Origin: Candidatus Omnitrophica bacterium UBA6215
GTDB taxonomy: Bacteria > Omnitrophota > Gorgyraeia > Pluralincolimonadales > Pluralincolimonadaceae
NCBI GenBank assembly: GCA_002421665.1
Contig: DISH01000004.1
Span: 23,174-87,173, forward strand
Direction: 5' to 3'
Length of the DNA: 64,000 nt
This document shows, piece after piece, positions 38,282 through 48,031 of the stretch. Numbering within the stretch: position 1 is the first letter of the stretch; every line of letters begins with the position of its first letter. The notes beneath the pieces were generated by a model, which worked only from the letters and a program-made list of their open reading frames with translations, made no database searches and was not told the DNA's origin. The translations under genes were made by a program, and so were the position numbers.

Positions 38282-39408
38282 CAGTAACAGGGTCCGCCGA
38301 TATAGCCGTTATAGGCGCGGGCGTCGTAGGACTTGCTGTATCCTCGAAACTGGTTTCGTCGGGCCGCGAGGTATTCCTTATCGAGAGGCACGATTCCTTT
38401 GGCCGCGAAACGAGTTCCAGGAACAGTGAAGTTATACACGCGGGTATTTATTATCCCGCGGACTCCCTGAAGAGAAAAACTTGTGTCGAAGGCAATAGGC
38501 TGCTTTACGAGTATTGCGCGCAGAACCGCATCCCGCACAGGAAGACAGGCAAGCTTATAGTTGCTGCCAGCGAAGACGAGGTGCCGGACCTCAAGGCCCT
38601 TTTAGAGAAGGGCATAGGCAACGGCGTTGCAGGGCTGGAGATGCTCTCCAAGAAAGATATAGGCGGCATGGAGCCGGAAATTCGCGCTGCCGCGGCGATA
38701 TTTTCCCCGGATACAGGCATCATCGATACGCATTCTCTCATGAAAGACCTCGAGCGCAAATTCAAGGGCGGCGGGGGGACCCTTTCCTATAATACCGATG
38801 TCCGTTCCATAGAGAAGACAAAAGGCGGATATAAGGTAACCGTAAATGATGCCGACGGCAGCTTGACCGTCCTGCAGGCCAGAGTCCTTGTCAATTGCGC
38901 AGGGCTTGATTCGGGGAGGATCGCCGCAATGACAGGACTTGATATCCCTGAATACAGGATAAGACCGTGCAAAGGCGATTATTTTCGCCTGAACCCGTCG
39001 AAGGCAAAGCTTATCGGCCGCCTTGTGTATCCCGTGCCAAAAAAGAAAGGCGCCGGCCTGGGGATACACGCGACACCCGATCTCGGGGGAGGGGTAAGGT
39101 TGGGTCCGGACGAGGAGTATGTCTATAATATAGATTATAAAGTAGATGTTTCGAAGAGCAATGATTTTTACGAAAGCGTAAAGACTTTCCTTCCGTTTAT
39201 TACGCCGGACGACCTGAGCCCGGACACTTCGGGAATAAGGCCGAAACTCCAGGGACCGGGAGAAGATTTCAGGGATTTCGTGATAAGGGAGGAATCAGAC
39301 AGGGGATATCCCGGCCTGGTCGACCTTATCGGTATAGAATCGCCCGGCCTGACCGCGTGCCTTTCCATAGCCTGCATCGTCAAAAAAATTCTTGATACCA
39401 TAGATTGA
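38278..39408 (+). CDS. FAD-dependent oxidoreductase, L-2-hydroxyglutarate oxidase/dehydrogenase (LhgO) family
   Basis: IAVIGAGVVGLA dinucleotide fold and SRNSEVIHAGIYYP motif. ATGA overlap with treT. Confidence 0.7.
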   Translation: MTVTGSADIAVIGAGVVGLAVSSKLVSSGREVFLIERHDSFGRETSSRNSEVIHAGIYYPADSLKRKTCVEGNRLLYEYCAQNRIPHRKTGKLIVAASEDEVPDLKALLEKGIGNGVAGLEMLSKKDIGGMEPEIRAAAAIFSPDTGIIDTHSLMKDLERKFKGGGGTLSYNTDVRSIEKTKGGYKVTVNDADGSLTVLQARVLVNCAGLDSGRIAAMTGLDIPEYRIRPCKGDYFRLNPSKAKLIGRLVYPVPKKKGAGLGIHATPDLGGGVRLGPDEEYVYNIDYKVDVSKSNDFYESVKTFLPFITPDDLSPDTSGIRPKLQGPGEDFRDFVIREESDRGYPGLVDLIGIESPGLTACLSIACIVKKILDTID

Positions 39409-39427
39409 ATTCACTATAATATCACCT

Positions 39428-41194
39428 ATGTCTACACCTCTGAAAAAATGGGTCGAAGAACAAGCCAAGCTCACCAAACCCGACAGGATAATCTGGTGCG
39501 ACGGTTCCGAAGAAGAGACCCGCAGGATACTTGAGATAGGGATCAAGGAAGAGAAGATCGACGGGCATCCCGTCTTCAGGGAACTTAACCAGAAGACCTG
39601 GCCGGGCGCTTATTACCATATGAGCCACCACACGGATGTCGCTCGTACGGAGCACCTGACCTTTGTCTGCCATCCCGATAAGGATACGGCCGGCCCTAAC
39701 AATAACTGGATGGATCCCGGCGAGGCCAAGGCCCTTTTGACCAAAGTCTCCGACGGCTGCATGAAAGGAAAGACGATGTATGTCCTTCCTTACATGATGG
39801 GCCATCCGGATTCGCCTTATGCCAAGGCATGCATCCAGATCACAGATGTCTCATATGTCGCGGTAAGTATGCGCATCATGACCCGCATGAGCAAGAAGGT
39901 CATAGACAAGATAGGCGACCGCCACGATTTCGTCAAAGGTCTGCATTCGGTAGGTGACTTCGACCCGGCAAAAAGGTACATAATGCATTTCCCGGACGAG
40001 CATTTTGTGTGGAGCATAGGTTCCGGTTACGGCGGCAACGCCTTGCTGGGCAAGAAATGTTTTTCGTTAAGGCTCGCGTCGTGGCTGGGTTACCAGGAAG
40101 GATGGCTTGCGGAACATATGGTCATCCTGGGAGTCGAGAGCCCGGAAGGGGAGACCACTTATATTACGGCGGCCATGCCTTCGGCTTGCGGAAAGACGAA
40201 CCTTGCTATGCTCGAGTCCGCGCTGCCGGGTTACAAGATCCGGACCATAGGCGACGATATTGCGTGGCTCAACATAGGCCCGGACGGCAAGCTTTATGCA
40301 ATAAATCCCGAAACGGGGCTCTTTGGGGTCGCCCCGGGGACATCGAAGAAGACCAACCCTAATATGCTTAAGACCCTTAAGGGCAGAAAATTCTTTCCTA
40401 CGCTTTTTACCAATACCGCTTTGGATACCGATAAGAACGAACCGTGGTGGGAAGGCCTTGACGGCCCCGTACCGGATAACCTGTTGGATTGGCAGGGGCA
40501 TGCCTGGAAGCCCGGCAGTGAAAAGAAGGCCGCGCACCCGAATTCCCGTTTTACCGCGTCGATATATAATTGCCCGATGCTTTCGAAAGAATTCGACAAT
40601 CCTTCGGGAGTGCCGATATCCGCAATAATTCTCGGCGGGCGCAGGACGCATCTTATACCGCTTGTTACCGAGGCGTTGAACTGGGAGCAGGGCGTGTTCC
40701 TTGGCGCCAGGACGGGTTCCGAGACTACAGCCGCGGCCGCGCATAAAGTCGGCGTGCTCCGCAGGGACCCCATGGCCATGCTTCCTTTCTGCGGATACAA
40801 TATGGGCGACTATTTCAGCCATTGGCTGAATATAGGCCGTCGCATGCATAACCCCCCGAAGATCTTCGCCGTTAACTGGTTCAGGACGAACGATGAAGGC
40901 AAGTTCATGTGGCCGGGCTTTGGCGAGAATATACGCGTCCTGAAATGGGTGATCGAGAGGGTAAACGATAAAGTAAAGGCGAAAGAGACCCCGATAGGCC
41001 TTGTCCCTTACGCGAAGGACCTTGATTTGACGGGCCTTGATATATCCAAGAAAGACCTGAATAAATTGCTCGAGACGGACGCAGATGAGTGGGGAGCCGA
41101 ATTGGACGACATCGAAGCCTTCTTCAATAAGTTCGGCGACCGGCTTCCTGACGAGTTACGCCGGCAGCTCAAGGCATTAAGGGCGGCTTTCTGA
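39428..41194 (+). CDS. pckG: phosphoenolpyruvate carboxykinase (GTP)
   Basis: 588 aa; kinase-1a AMPSACGKTNLAML; typical N-terminus. Confidence 0.9.
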   Translation: MSTPLKKWVEEQAKLTKPDRIIWCDGSEEETRRILEIGIKEEKIDGHPVFRELNQKTWPGAYYHMSHHTDVARTEHLTFVCHPDKDTAGPNNNWMDPGEAKALLTKVSDGCMKGKTMYVLPYMMGHPDSPYAKACIQITDVSYVAVSMRIMTRMSKKVIDKIGDRHDFVKGLHSVGDFDPAKRYIMHFPDEHFVWSIGSGYGGNALLGKKCFSLRLASWLGYQEGWLAEHMVILGVESPEGETTYITAAMPSACGKTNLAMLESALPGYKIRTIGDDIAWLNIGPDGKLYAINPETGLFGVAPGTSKKTNPNMLKTLKGRKFFPTLFTNTALDTDKNEPWWEGLDGPVPDNLLDWQGHAWKPGSEKKAAHPNSRFTASIYNCPMLSKEFDNPSGVPISAIILGGRRTHLIPLVTEALNWEQGVFLGARTGSETTAAAAHKVGVLRRDPMAMLPFCGYNMGDYFSHWLNIGRRMHNPPKIFAVNWFRTNDEGKFMWPGFGENIRVLKWVIERVNDKVKAKETPIGLVPYAKDLDLTGLDISKKDLNKLLETDADEWGAELDDIEAFFNKFGDRLPDELRRQLKALRAAF

Positions 41195-41271
41195 TATCTT
41201 AAATCTGAGGTCATGACCTAGTCCCGCTATTATAGAGGCAGCGGGACATCCAGACCCTCTCTCTACAGGTC

Positions 41272-42381
41272 ATGATAGTACTTATCCAATTTGAAAATTC
41301 CCCTTTACTTTTCCGCGATCCGGTCCGCGTCATAACCTGCCGCGACCCTTCCTGCCTTTTTGATTCTTTCAAGCGCATAGAAGAGGCCGTCGCGGGCGGA
41401 TATTACGTCGCGGGCTATCTTTCCTATGAGGCGGGTTATTGCCTGGAGGAGAGCCTTGGGGCGCATGTTCCCGGAAGTTTCCCGTTGCTGCAAATGGGGG
41501 TATACACCGGTCCTCGCGTCGAGCGGGTCCCGAGCCCGCCGCCTCAGCCCGCAATATCGTTCTCGGATATTCGCCTCAATATCTCCTATGATGAGTATTT
41601 CTCGGATATATGCGCCATACGCGAACATATTTCTGACGGAGATGTCTATCAGATAACTTATTGCATAAAATTCCTTTTCGGTTTCCGCGGGGACCCGTTC
41701 ACGCTTTACAGGCTGCTGTTAAGGGAACAACCTGTGCCTTACCCCGCGTATATAGAAGCGGACGGCCGTTATATACTTTCATTGTCGCCGGAGATGTTCA
41801 TAAACAAGAGAGCCTCGAGGATCGTGACGAAACCCATGAAAGGTACATGGCCGAGAGGGATGAATGCCGTCTCGGATATCATTGCCGGTATCCGCTTCAA
41901 GCGCGACGGCAAGAACAGGGCCGAGAACGTGATGATAGCCGACCTGCTCAGGAATGACCTCGGCAAGGTCGCCGGTAAGATCAAGGTCCCCAGGCTATTC
42001 GAGATAGCTAAGTACAGGAAATTGCATCAGATGACCTCTACCGTTACCGGTGAAATGGACAACCGTGCGCCTTTCATCGACATCTTCTCGTCGTTATTCC
42101 CGTCCGGCTCTGTTACCGGCGCTCCCAAGATACGGGCGATGCGGATAATAAAGGAACTCGAGAACGAGGAGCGCAGGATATACACGGGGACCATAGGTTA
42201 TATAACCCCGCAAAGGGATATGTTCTTTAATGTGCCTATACGCACTTTGCTCCTGGAGGACGGCGCAGGGGAGATGGGCGTCGGAGGAGGCATAGTCTGG
42301 GATTCTACCCCTAAGGGAGAATGGGATGAAGGGCTGCTGAAGGCAAGGTTTCTTACAGATTATGCGAATAATATGCTATAA
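41272..42381 (+). CDS. chorismate-binding enzyme (aminodeoxychorismate/anthranilate synthase component I-like, short form)
   Basis: SPEMF...KGTWPRG...IADLLRNDLGKV...PSGSVTGAPKIRAM chorismate-utilising enzyme core. Lacks the usual N-terminal domain. Confidence 0.7.
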   Translation: MIVLIQFENSPLLFRDPVRVITCRDPSCLFDSFKRIEEAVAGGYYVAGYLSYEAGYCLEESLGAHVPGSFPLLQMGVYTGPRVERVPSPPPQPAISFSDIRLNISYDEYFSDICAIREHISDGDVYQITYCIKFLFGFRGDPFTLYRLLLREQPVPYPAYIEADGRYILSLSPEMFINKRASRIVTKPMKGTWPRGMNAVSDIIAGIRFKRDGKNRAENVMIADLLRNDLGKVAGKIKVPRLFEIAKYRKLHQMTSTVTGEMDNRAPFIDIFSSLFPSGSVTGAPKIRAMRIIKELENEERRIYTGTIGYITPQRDMFFNVPIRTLLLEDGAGEMGVGGGIVWDSTPKGEWDEGLLKARFLTDYANNML

Positions 42382-42388
42382 TACATAA

Positions 42389-43834
42389 ATGAAATATAAT
42401 CATGCTTTATTCCTGAATCCTTATATCGAGAGCAATAATACCAGTATCATGAAACTTTTTCCCCCAACAGGGCTCGAATATGTTGCGACGAGTGCCAAAG
42501 GGCTGGTCAAAAAGATCACCTTGCTCGACCTAAGATACGAAAAAGAACTATCCGACAGCAGGAAACTGTTTGATTTTATCTCGAAAGAGATCGATATAGT
42601 CTGCGTCACTATCGGTTGGGACCGTCAGTTCAAGGAAATATGCGAACTGCTTAACCGGATGCCTTCCGGTATCCCATTGATTGTCGGGGGGTATAAGGCG
42701 ACGGAGATGGCGGATGAACTCTTTAAGATATGCCCGGGCATAACGGTCATTGTCCGCGGAGAGGGGGAGGAGACCATCAAAGACATATTTAACGGTCTTC
42801 CCTTAAAGGACATCCCCGGAATATCATACAGAGAGTCCGGAAAGGTGGTCCATAACAAGAACAGGATACTGGCGGATATAAATGATATATCATCGCCTGA
42901 CAGGTCCCTTAGGGCTAACCGGTACAGTCTCTCGGTAAACGGGATAGCGGTTACGGGCCTGACGTTTGATTCCATATTGAGCGCGAGGGGCTGCCCGCAT
43001 AATTGTAAATTTTGCACGTTCAGCCTGAATCCCCTGGGTCAACGCAGGACCTATACTGCGCGCAGCGTGGACTCGGTTATCAGGGAGATAGAAGGCATAT
43101 CCGCAGAGGTGATCCTTTTCAGCGACGATAATCTGTTTGCCGATCCGGTAAGGGCCGAAAGGATCTGTGACGGGATTATCAGCCGGGGCATCAGAAAACG
43201 TTTTATTGCCCAGGCGCGTATAGAGATATTCAAGCATTCTTCGTTACTGGATAAAATGGTCAAGGCAGGATTCAAGGCGCTTTTGATAGGTATCGAGTCG
43301 CCGAATGACCGCATACTTGCGCAACTCAACAAGGGTTTTGATTCCGCTACGATAAGAAAAGCGTTTAAAGTGCTTAAGCGCTACCCCATGTTTTATAACG
43401 GTTATTTTATTTACGGGAATATCGGCGAGACGAAGGACGAGATGTTGTATATACCTGAATTCGCGAAAGAGATAGGATTAGATTTTATATCGTGCAACAA
43501 ATTAAGGATAGAGCGGTTCTCGCCGTTAAGGGCTATAGCGGAAAATACCCCAGGGTATCATATTACGGAGAAAGGTGAGCTCTATTCAGATACCTATAGC
43601 CACGCGTCGCTCAAGAAGATAGGGAGGACAATAAAATTTTCTTTCTATACGCCGGCGCGTTTCATAGGAGTATTTTGGAAGTGTATTTTCAGCAACAGGT
43701 TTTTATCGTTCTGGGAGTTGATTTCCCTTGTCGGGGTAATGCCCAGGATTATTGCAAGCGCAATAGTGCGTGATTTACGCAAGGGTAGGCTTACGGATTC
43801 GCTTAAAAGGACTTTCGTGATCAACAGGGCCTGA
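42389..43834 (+). CDS. B12-binding domain radical SAM protein
   Basis: N-terminal B12-binding-like region plus CPHNCKFC radical SAM motif. Confidence 0.75.
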   Translation: MKYNHALFLNPYIESNNTSIMKLFPPTGLEYVATSAKGLVKKITLLDLRYEKELSDSRKLFDFISKEIDIVCVTIGWDRQFKEICELLNRMPSGIPLIVGGYKATEMADELFKICPGITVIVRGEGEETIKDIFNGLPLKDIPGISYRESGKVVHNKNRILADINDISSPDRSLRANRYSLSVNGIAVTGLTFDSILSARGCPHNCKFCTFSLNPLGQRRTYTARSVDSVIREIEGISAEVILFSDDNLFADPVRAERICDGIISRGIRKRFIAQARIEIFKHSSLLDKMVKAGFKALLIGIESPNDRILAQLNKGFDSATIRKAFKVLKRYPMFYNGYFIYGNIGETKDEMLYIPEFAKEIGLDFISCNKLRIERFSPLRAIAENTPGYHITEKGELYSDTYSHASLKKIGRTIKFSFYTPARFIGVFWKCIFSNRFLSFWELISLVGVMPRIIASAIVRDLRKGRLTDSLKRTFVINRA

Positions 43835-43862
43835 TGGACACGGGGCCAGGGGGAGCCGGAAA

Positions 43863-45098
43863 ATGCATAAAAATATCCATAAAGAAGGACCTGAGCAGCC
43901 AGCGCGTAGTTTTTACGGCCTGGGGATAGCCCCAAGGATACTAAGTATACTCGAGCGCATGAAGTTCAGCGTGCCTACGCCTATCCAGTTCAAGGCTATA
44001 CCGCTGGCCATAGAGGGCAAGGATGTAGTTGGTATAGCCCAGACCGGGACAGGCAAGACCCATTCATTCGCGATACCCATGGTACAGCGTCTCGCGCAGG
44101 TAAAAGGCAAAGGTCTTGTCCTCGCGCCTACCCGTGAACTGGCATTGCAGATCGACGAGGTCTTTAAGGTGCTCGCGCACGCTTTCGGCATGAAGACCGC
44201 CTGCCTTATTGGGGGAGCCTCAATGCACGAACAGTTGCGCGCGTTACGCAGGAACCCGCGCATCATCGTAGCGACGCCGGGGAGGCTCTTGGACCATCTC
44301 GAACAACGCAACCTGTCGCTTGGCGATGCCGGAATGCTTGTCCTTGACGAGGCGGACCGTATGCTCGACATGGGATTTGCCCCCCAAATAGAAAAGGTAT
44401 TGCGCTACCTTCCCAAAGAGAGGCAAACGATGCTCTTTTCCGCGACACTTCCAAGGGAGATAATGCAGATGGCTTCCCGGGCCATGAAGCTTCCCATTTC
44501 CGTGGAAGTAGCCCCGTCGGGGACAGCCGCGGAAAAGGTTACGCAGGAGCTTTTTATAATACCTCAGGAATCCAAGATGATCCTGCTCGGGAAATTAATG
44601 GAACAATACCATGGTTCCGTGTTATTGTTCTGCAGGACCAAGCATGGCGCGCGTAAGATAGCAAAATCGGTCAGGAATATGCGGATAAGCGCGGCCGAGA
44701 TACATTCCAACCGTTCCTTGGGCCAGAGGAGGGAAGCCCTTGAGGGTTTCAAGTCCGGGAAATACAGGGTCCTTGTCGCTACCGACATAGCTGCCAGGGG
44801 CATCGATGTCGCGGGGATAGAATTGGTGATAAATTATGACATTCCCGAGGATGCGGGTAATTATGTACACCGGATCGGCAGGACCGGCAGGGCCGGGCAT
44901 AAAGGGCATGCCATATCATTTGCCACCCCGAGCCAGAGCAGGGATGTGCGCAATATCGAAAAGCTTATAAGGTCTACACTTATGGTTTCCCGCCATCCTG
45001 AGATTGCCCATGCCGAATTTGAAAGCCAAAGCCCAATGGCTAAGCCAAGATACGTCTTCAAGCAAAGGAGATTCAGGCGTTACAGCCGCAGGCCCTGA
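43863..45098 (+). CDS. DEAD-box ATP-dependent RNA helicase (RhlE-like)
   Basis: AQTGTGKT, DEAD, SAT and HRIGRTGR motifs; basic C-terminal tail. Confidence 0.9.
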   Translation: MHKNIHKEGPEQPARSFYGLGIAPRILSILERMKFSVPTPIQFKAIPLAIEGKDVVGIAQTGTGKTHSFAIPMVQRLAQVKGKGLVLAPTRELALQIDEVFKVLAHAFGMKTACLIGGASMHEQLRALRRNPRIIVATPGRLLDHLEQRNLSLGDAGMLVLDEADRMLDMGFAPQIEKVLRYLPKERQTMLFSATLPREIMQMASRAMKLPISVEVAPSGTAAEKVTQELFIIPQESKMILLGKLMEQYHGSVLLFCRTKHGARKIAKSVRNMRISAAEIHSNRSLGQRREALEGFKSGKYRVLVATDIAARGIDVAGIELVINYDIPEDAGNYVHRIGRTGRAGHKGHAISFATPSQSRDVRNIEKLIRSTLMVSRHPEIAHAEFESQSPMAKPRYVFKQRRFRRYSRRP

Positions 45099-45107
45099 TT
45101 TAATATC

Positions 45108-45136
45108 TTGACGCGGCGGCGTTACTTATCTATAAT
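45108..45136 (+). promoter_or_regulatory. consensus sigma70-type promoter TTGACG-17-TATAAT upstream of pit
   Basis: TTGACG 45108-45113; TATAAT 45131-45136. Confidence 0.5.
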
Positions 45137-45160
45137 ATTTTTTGTTCAGGCCCGATATAT

Positions 45161-46141
45161 ATGACAATAACCGTCCTTTTTCTGATCCTGCTCGCATTAT
45201 TGTTCGATTTTTTGAACGGTTTTCACGATTCGGCTAACTCAATAGCTACGATCGTGTCAACCAGGGTCCTTTCGCCGCGCCACGCAGTATTGTGGGCGGC
45301 GTTTTTTAATTTTGTGGCTTTCCTTTTCTTCGGCCTTCATGTAGCCAATACCATAGGCAAGGGTATCATAGACATTGCCATAATAGATAACGGCATCATT
45401 TTTGGCACGCTGATCGGCGCCTGCGGATGGAACATCATAACCTGGTATTTCGGCCTTCCGACCAGTTCGTCGCATGCCCTTATGGGCGGGCTTATAGGGG
45501 CCGGCATGGTCAAAGCTGGGAGCGGCGCGCTGGTCTGGAGCGGCATAATGAAGACAGCGGCATTTATAATCGTCTCCCCGGTACTCGGGCTTGTGCTGGG
45601 TCTTCTGTTCGGTGTCGGGGTTTATTGGGTGTTCCGCAAGAGCGCCCCGCTGAAAGTAGACAACATATTCAGGAAGGGCCAACTTGTGTCCGCGGCAGCT
45701 TACAGCCTCGGCCACGGAGGCAATGATGCCCAGAAGACAATGGGTATCATTGCCAGTCTCCTGTTCAGCGCCGGGCTCCTCGGCAAGGAGTTCCATATAC
45801 CCTTTTTCGTGGTCATAATGTGCCATGCCGCGATAGCGCTCGGTACCATGTTCGGCGGATGGCGTATTGTCAAAACGATGGGACAGAAGGTCTCCAAGCT
45901 CAAGCCGGTCGACGGTTTTTGCGCAGAGTCAGGCGCGGCCATTACCCTGTTCATGTCTTCGGCGCTGGGTATACCGGTAAGTACTACCCATACCATAACA
46001 GGAGCTATAATGGGAGTAGGTTCCCTTAGGCGCCTTAGTGCCGTGCGCTGGGGCGTTGCCGGACAGATCGTGTGGGCATGGATACTGACGATCCCGTGCT
46101 CGGCGCTGATCTCGGCTTTGGCCTACAGCCTGGTCAAATGA
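45161..46141 (+). CDS. pit: inorganic phosphate transporter, PiT (PHO4) family
   Basis: LNGFHDSANSIAT signature present twice (N and C halves). Confidence 0.85.
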   Translation: MTITVLFLILLALLFDFLNGFHDSANSIATIVSTRVLSPRHAVLWAAFFNFVAFLFFGLHVANTIGKGIIDIAIIDNGIIFGTLIGACGWNIITWYFGLPTSSSHALMGGLIGAGMVKAGSGALVWSGIMKTAAFIIVSPVLGLVLGLLFGVGVYWVFRKSAPLKVDNIFRKGQLVSAAAYSLGHGGNDAQKTMGIIASLLFSAGLLGKEFHIPFFVVIMCHAAIALGTMFGGWRIVKTMGQKVSKLKPVDGFCAESGAAITLFMSSALGIPVSTTHTITGAIMGVGSLRRLSAVRWGVAGQIVWAWILTIPCSALISALAYSLVK

Positions 46142-47538
46142 GATATTACCATTCCCTGTTCGGCGGTTTCCGAGCCAAGGTCACCATAGCGTTTGTCCTG
46201 TCTCTTTTCTTCGTCGCAGTCCTTAGCAATTTCCTGCTTTACAGGTACAGCTATAATTCCCGCTTCTCGCAGTTAAGGGAAGAACTCGAATTTGTCGCCC
46301 AGACCGCTGCCCTCGGGGTCGACGAGAAAACCCTCACGCAGGTTCCGCTTGACCGTAAAGGCATAGAAAGCCCCGAATACGAAAAGATAGCAGGGCAGTT
46401 AAGGAGGATCAAGAATTCCAATCCCCAGATAGTCTTCATATATACCATGACCGCGACCGGAGAGGACGGTAAATGGCGGTTCATCGTAGACCCCGATCCT
46501 TCCGGCAGGGAGAAGAGGGAAGACGGGCCGACTGCTTATCCGGGAGATACATATGACGTTTCGCGTTTCCCGGATATGAAAAAGGCCCTCGAAAGGCCGT
46601 CCGCCGATACTAAGCTTATGGAAGATGAGTGGGGTGTCACGCTTTCAGGTTATGCGCCAATACGCGATGACAGCGGCAGAACGGTAGCCATCCTCGGCAT
46701 AGATATGAGCGCTAACAAGGTCAGGGATATGGCCAAAGACCTGAACCGCAGGGCCCTGTTGGTGCTCCTTCTCGGGATATTCGTGGCGGCGGTGCTCGGC
46801 CTGCTGGTGGGAAAGAGTACCACCGACCCGATCAGGAAACTCGAGGAAGCAACCGAGAGGATCTCCTCCGGAGATTTCAAGTACAGGGTAGATATCAGGG
46901 GCAATGATGAGATCAGCCGTCTCGGAAAGGCCTTCAACCGGATGGCCGAGAGCATATCGGAATCGAGGAAAGCCCTGCAGGATTATTTTTACAGGATAGT
47001 CCAAACCCTTGCGCGCAGCATCGAAGCCAAGGATACATATACCAAAGGCCACTCGGACAGGGTCGCCGAGTACGCGAGGAAGATAGCCGTGGAGATGGGT
47101 CTCTCCGAAGAGGAAGCCGAGATGCTCAAGAGCGTAGCCGAGTTGCATGACATAGGAAAGCTCGGTATCGAGGAGAGCATATTGAACAAGGACGGAAAAC
47201 CGTCTCCGGAAGAATGGGAGATAATCAAGGAGCATCCCAAGACAGGCGAAGAGATACTTACGCCCGTCTTTCTTGACAAGAAGAAACTGGCCATAGTAAG
47301 GTCGCATCACGAAAGATATGACGGCAAGGGCTATCCCGACGGCCTAAAGGGCGACGAGATAGATATACTCGCCCAGATAGTCTCGGTGGCCGACTCATAT
47401 GATGCCATGACCTCAAAGCGTGCTTACAGGAATTCCCTTGGCAAGGCCGCCGCGATAGAGGAATTGATGAAGAACAGCGGGACACAGTTCAACCCCAAAG
47501 TGGTCGAGGCTTTCCTCAGGGTTCTCGAAAGGGAATGA
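46138..47538 (+). CDS. membrane HD-GYP phosphodiesterase with TM-Cache-TM-HAMP sensor
   Basis: ATGA overlap with pit. KGHSDRVAEY...LHDIGKLGI...HHERYDGKGYPDGL HD-GYP motifs. Confidence 0.8.
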   Translation: MRYYHSLFGGFRAKVTIAFVLSLFFVAVLSNFLLYRYSYNSRFSQLREELEFVAQTAALGVDEKTLTQVPLDRKGIESPEYEKIAGQLRRIKNSNPQIVFIYTMTATGEDGKWRFIVDPDPSGREKREDGPTAYPGDTYDVSRFPDMKKALERPSADTKLMEDEWGVTLSGYAPIRDDSGRTVAILGIDMSANKVRDMAKDLNRRALLVLLLGIFVAAVLGLLVGKSTTDPIRKLEEATERISSGDFKYRVDIRGNDEISRLGKAFNRMAESISESRKALQDYFYRIVQTLARSIEAKDTYTKGHSDRVAEYARKIAVEMGLSEEEAEMLKSVAELHDIGKLGIEESILNKDGKPSPEEWEIIKEHPKTGEEILTPVFLDKKKLAIVRSHHERYDGKGYPDGLKGDEIDILAQIVSVADSYDAMTSKRAYRNSLGKAAAIEELMKNSGTQFNPKVVEAFLRVLERE

Positions 47539-48008
47539 CCTACCGCAGGATATGGTGTATAATGGCAGACCATAGAAAGTTCATGGGAGAGGCGGTGAAG
47601 GAGGCCCTCAAGGGACTTAGAGAGGGCGGTATACCAATAGGTTCCGTCCTGGTAAAAGACGGGCGTATAATAGGCCGCGGGCACAACAGGCGCGTCCAGA
47701 AGAAATCCGCCGTACTTCACGCCGAGATAGATTGTCTTGAGAATGCCGGGCGCTTAAAGGCCCGGGACTACGGGAAATGCGTTTTGTATTCTACGTTGTC
47801 GCCTTGCGATATGTGCACGGGCGCCATCCTGTTATATAAGATACCCGTCATAGTGATCGGCGAGAACAGGACTTTCAAGGGTCCCGAGGCGTATTCGAAG
47901 AGGCGGGGCATAAAGGTCGTCAACCTCGATATGAAGGAATGCAGGGATATGATGGACAGGTTCATCCGGGAAAACCCGCGTCTTTGGAATGAAGATATCG
48001 GGGTCTGA
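47535..48008 (+). CDS. cytosine deaminase (yeast Fcy1-type, CDA fold)
   Basis: GRGHNRRVQKKSAVLHAEIDCLENAGRL...TLSPCDMCTGAIL closely mirrors Fcy1. Possible alternative start at 47565. Confidence 0.75.
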   Translation: MTYRRIWCIMADHRKFMGEAVKEALKGLREGGIPIGSVLVKDGRIIGRGHNRRVQKKSAVLHAEIDCLENAGRLKARDYGKCVLYSTLSPCDMCTGAILLYKIPVIVIGENRTFKGPEAYSKRRGIKVVNLDMKECRDMMDRFIRENPRLWNEDIGV

Positions 48009-48031
48009 CCCTTAACTAAGGAGAAATAGAA

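Noticed and set aside
43863-45098. DEAD-box helicase as a possible defense-system component
   Set aside because: All motifs and the basic C-terminal tail fit housekeeping RhlE-type RNA helicases. It is monocistronic between unrelated metabolic genes with no nuclease or methylase partner.
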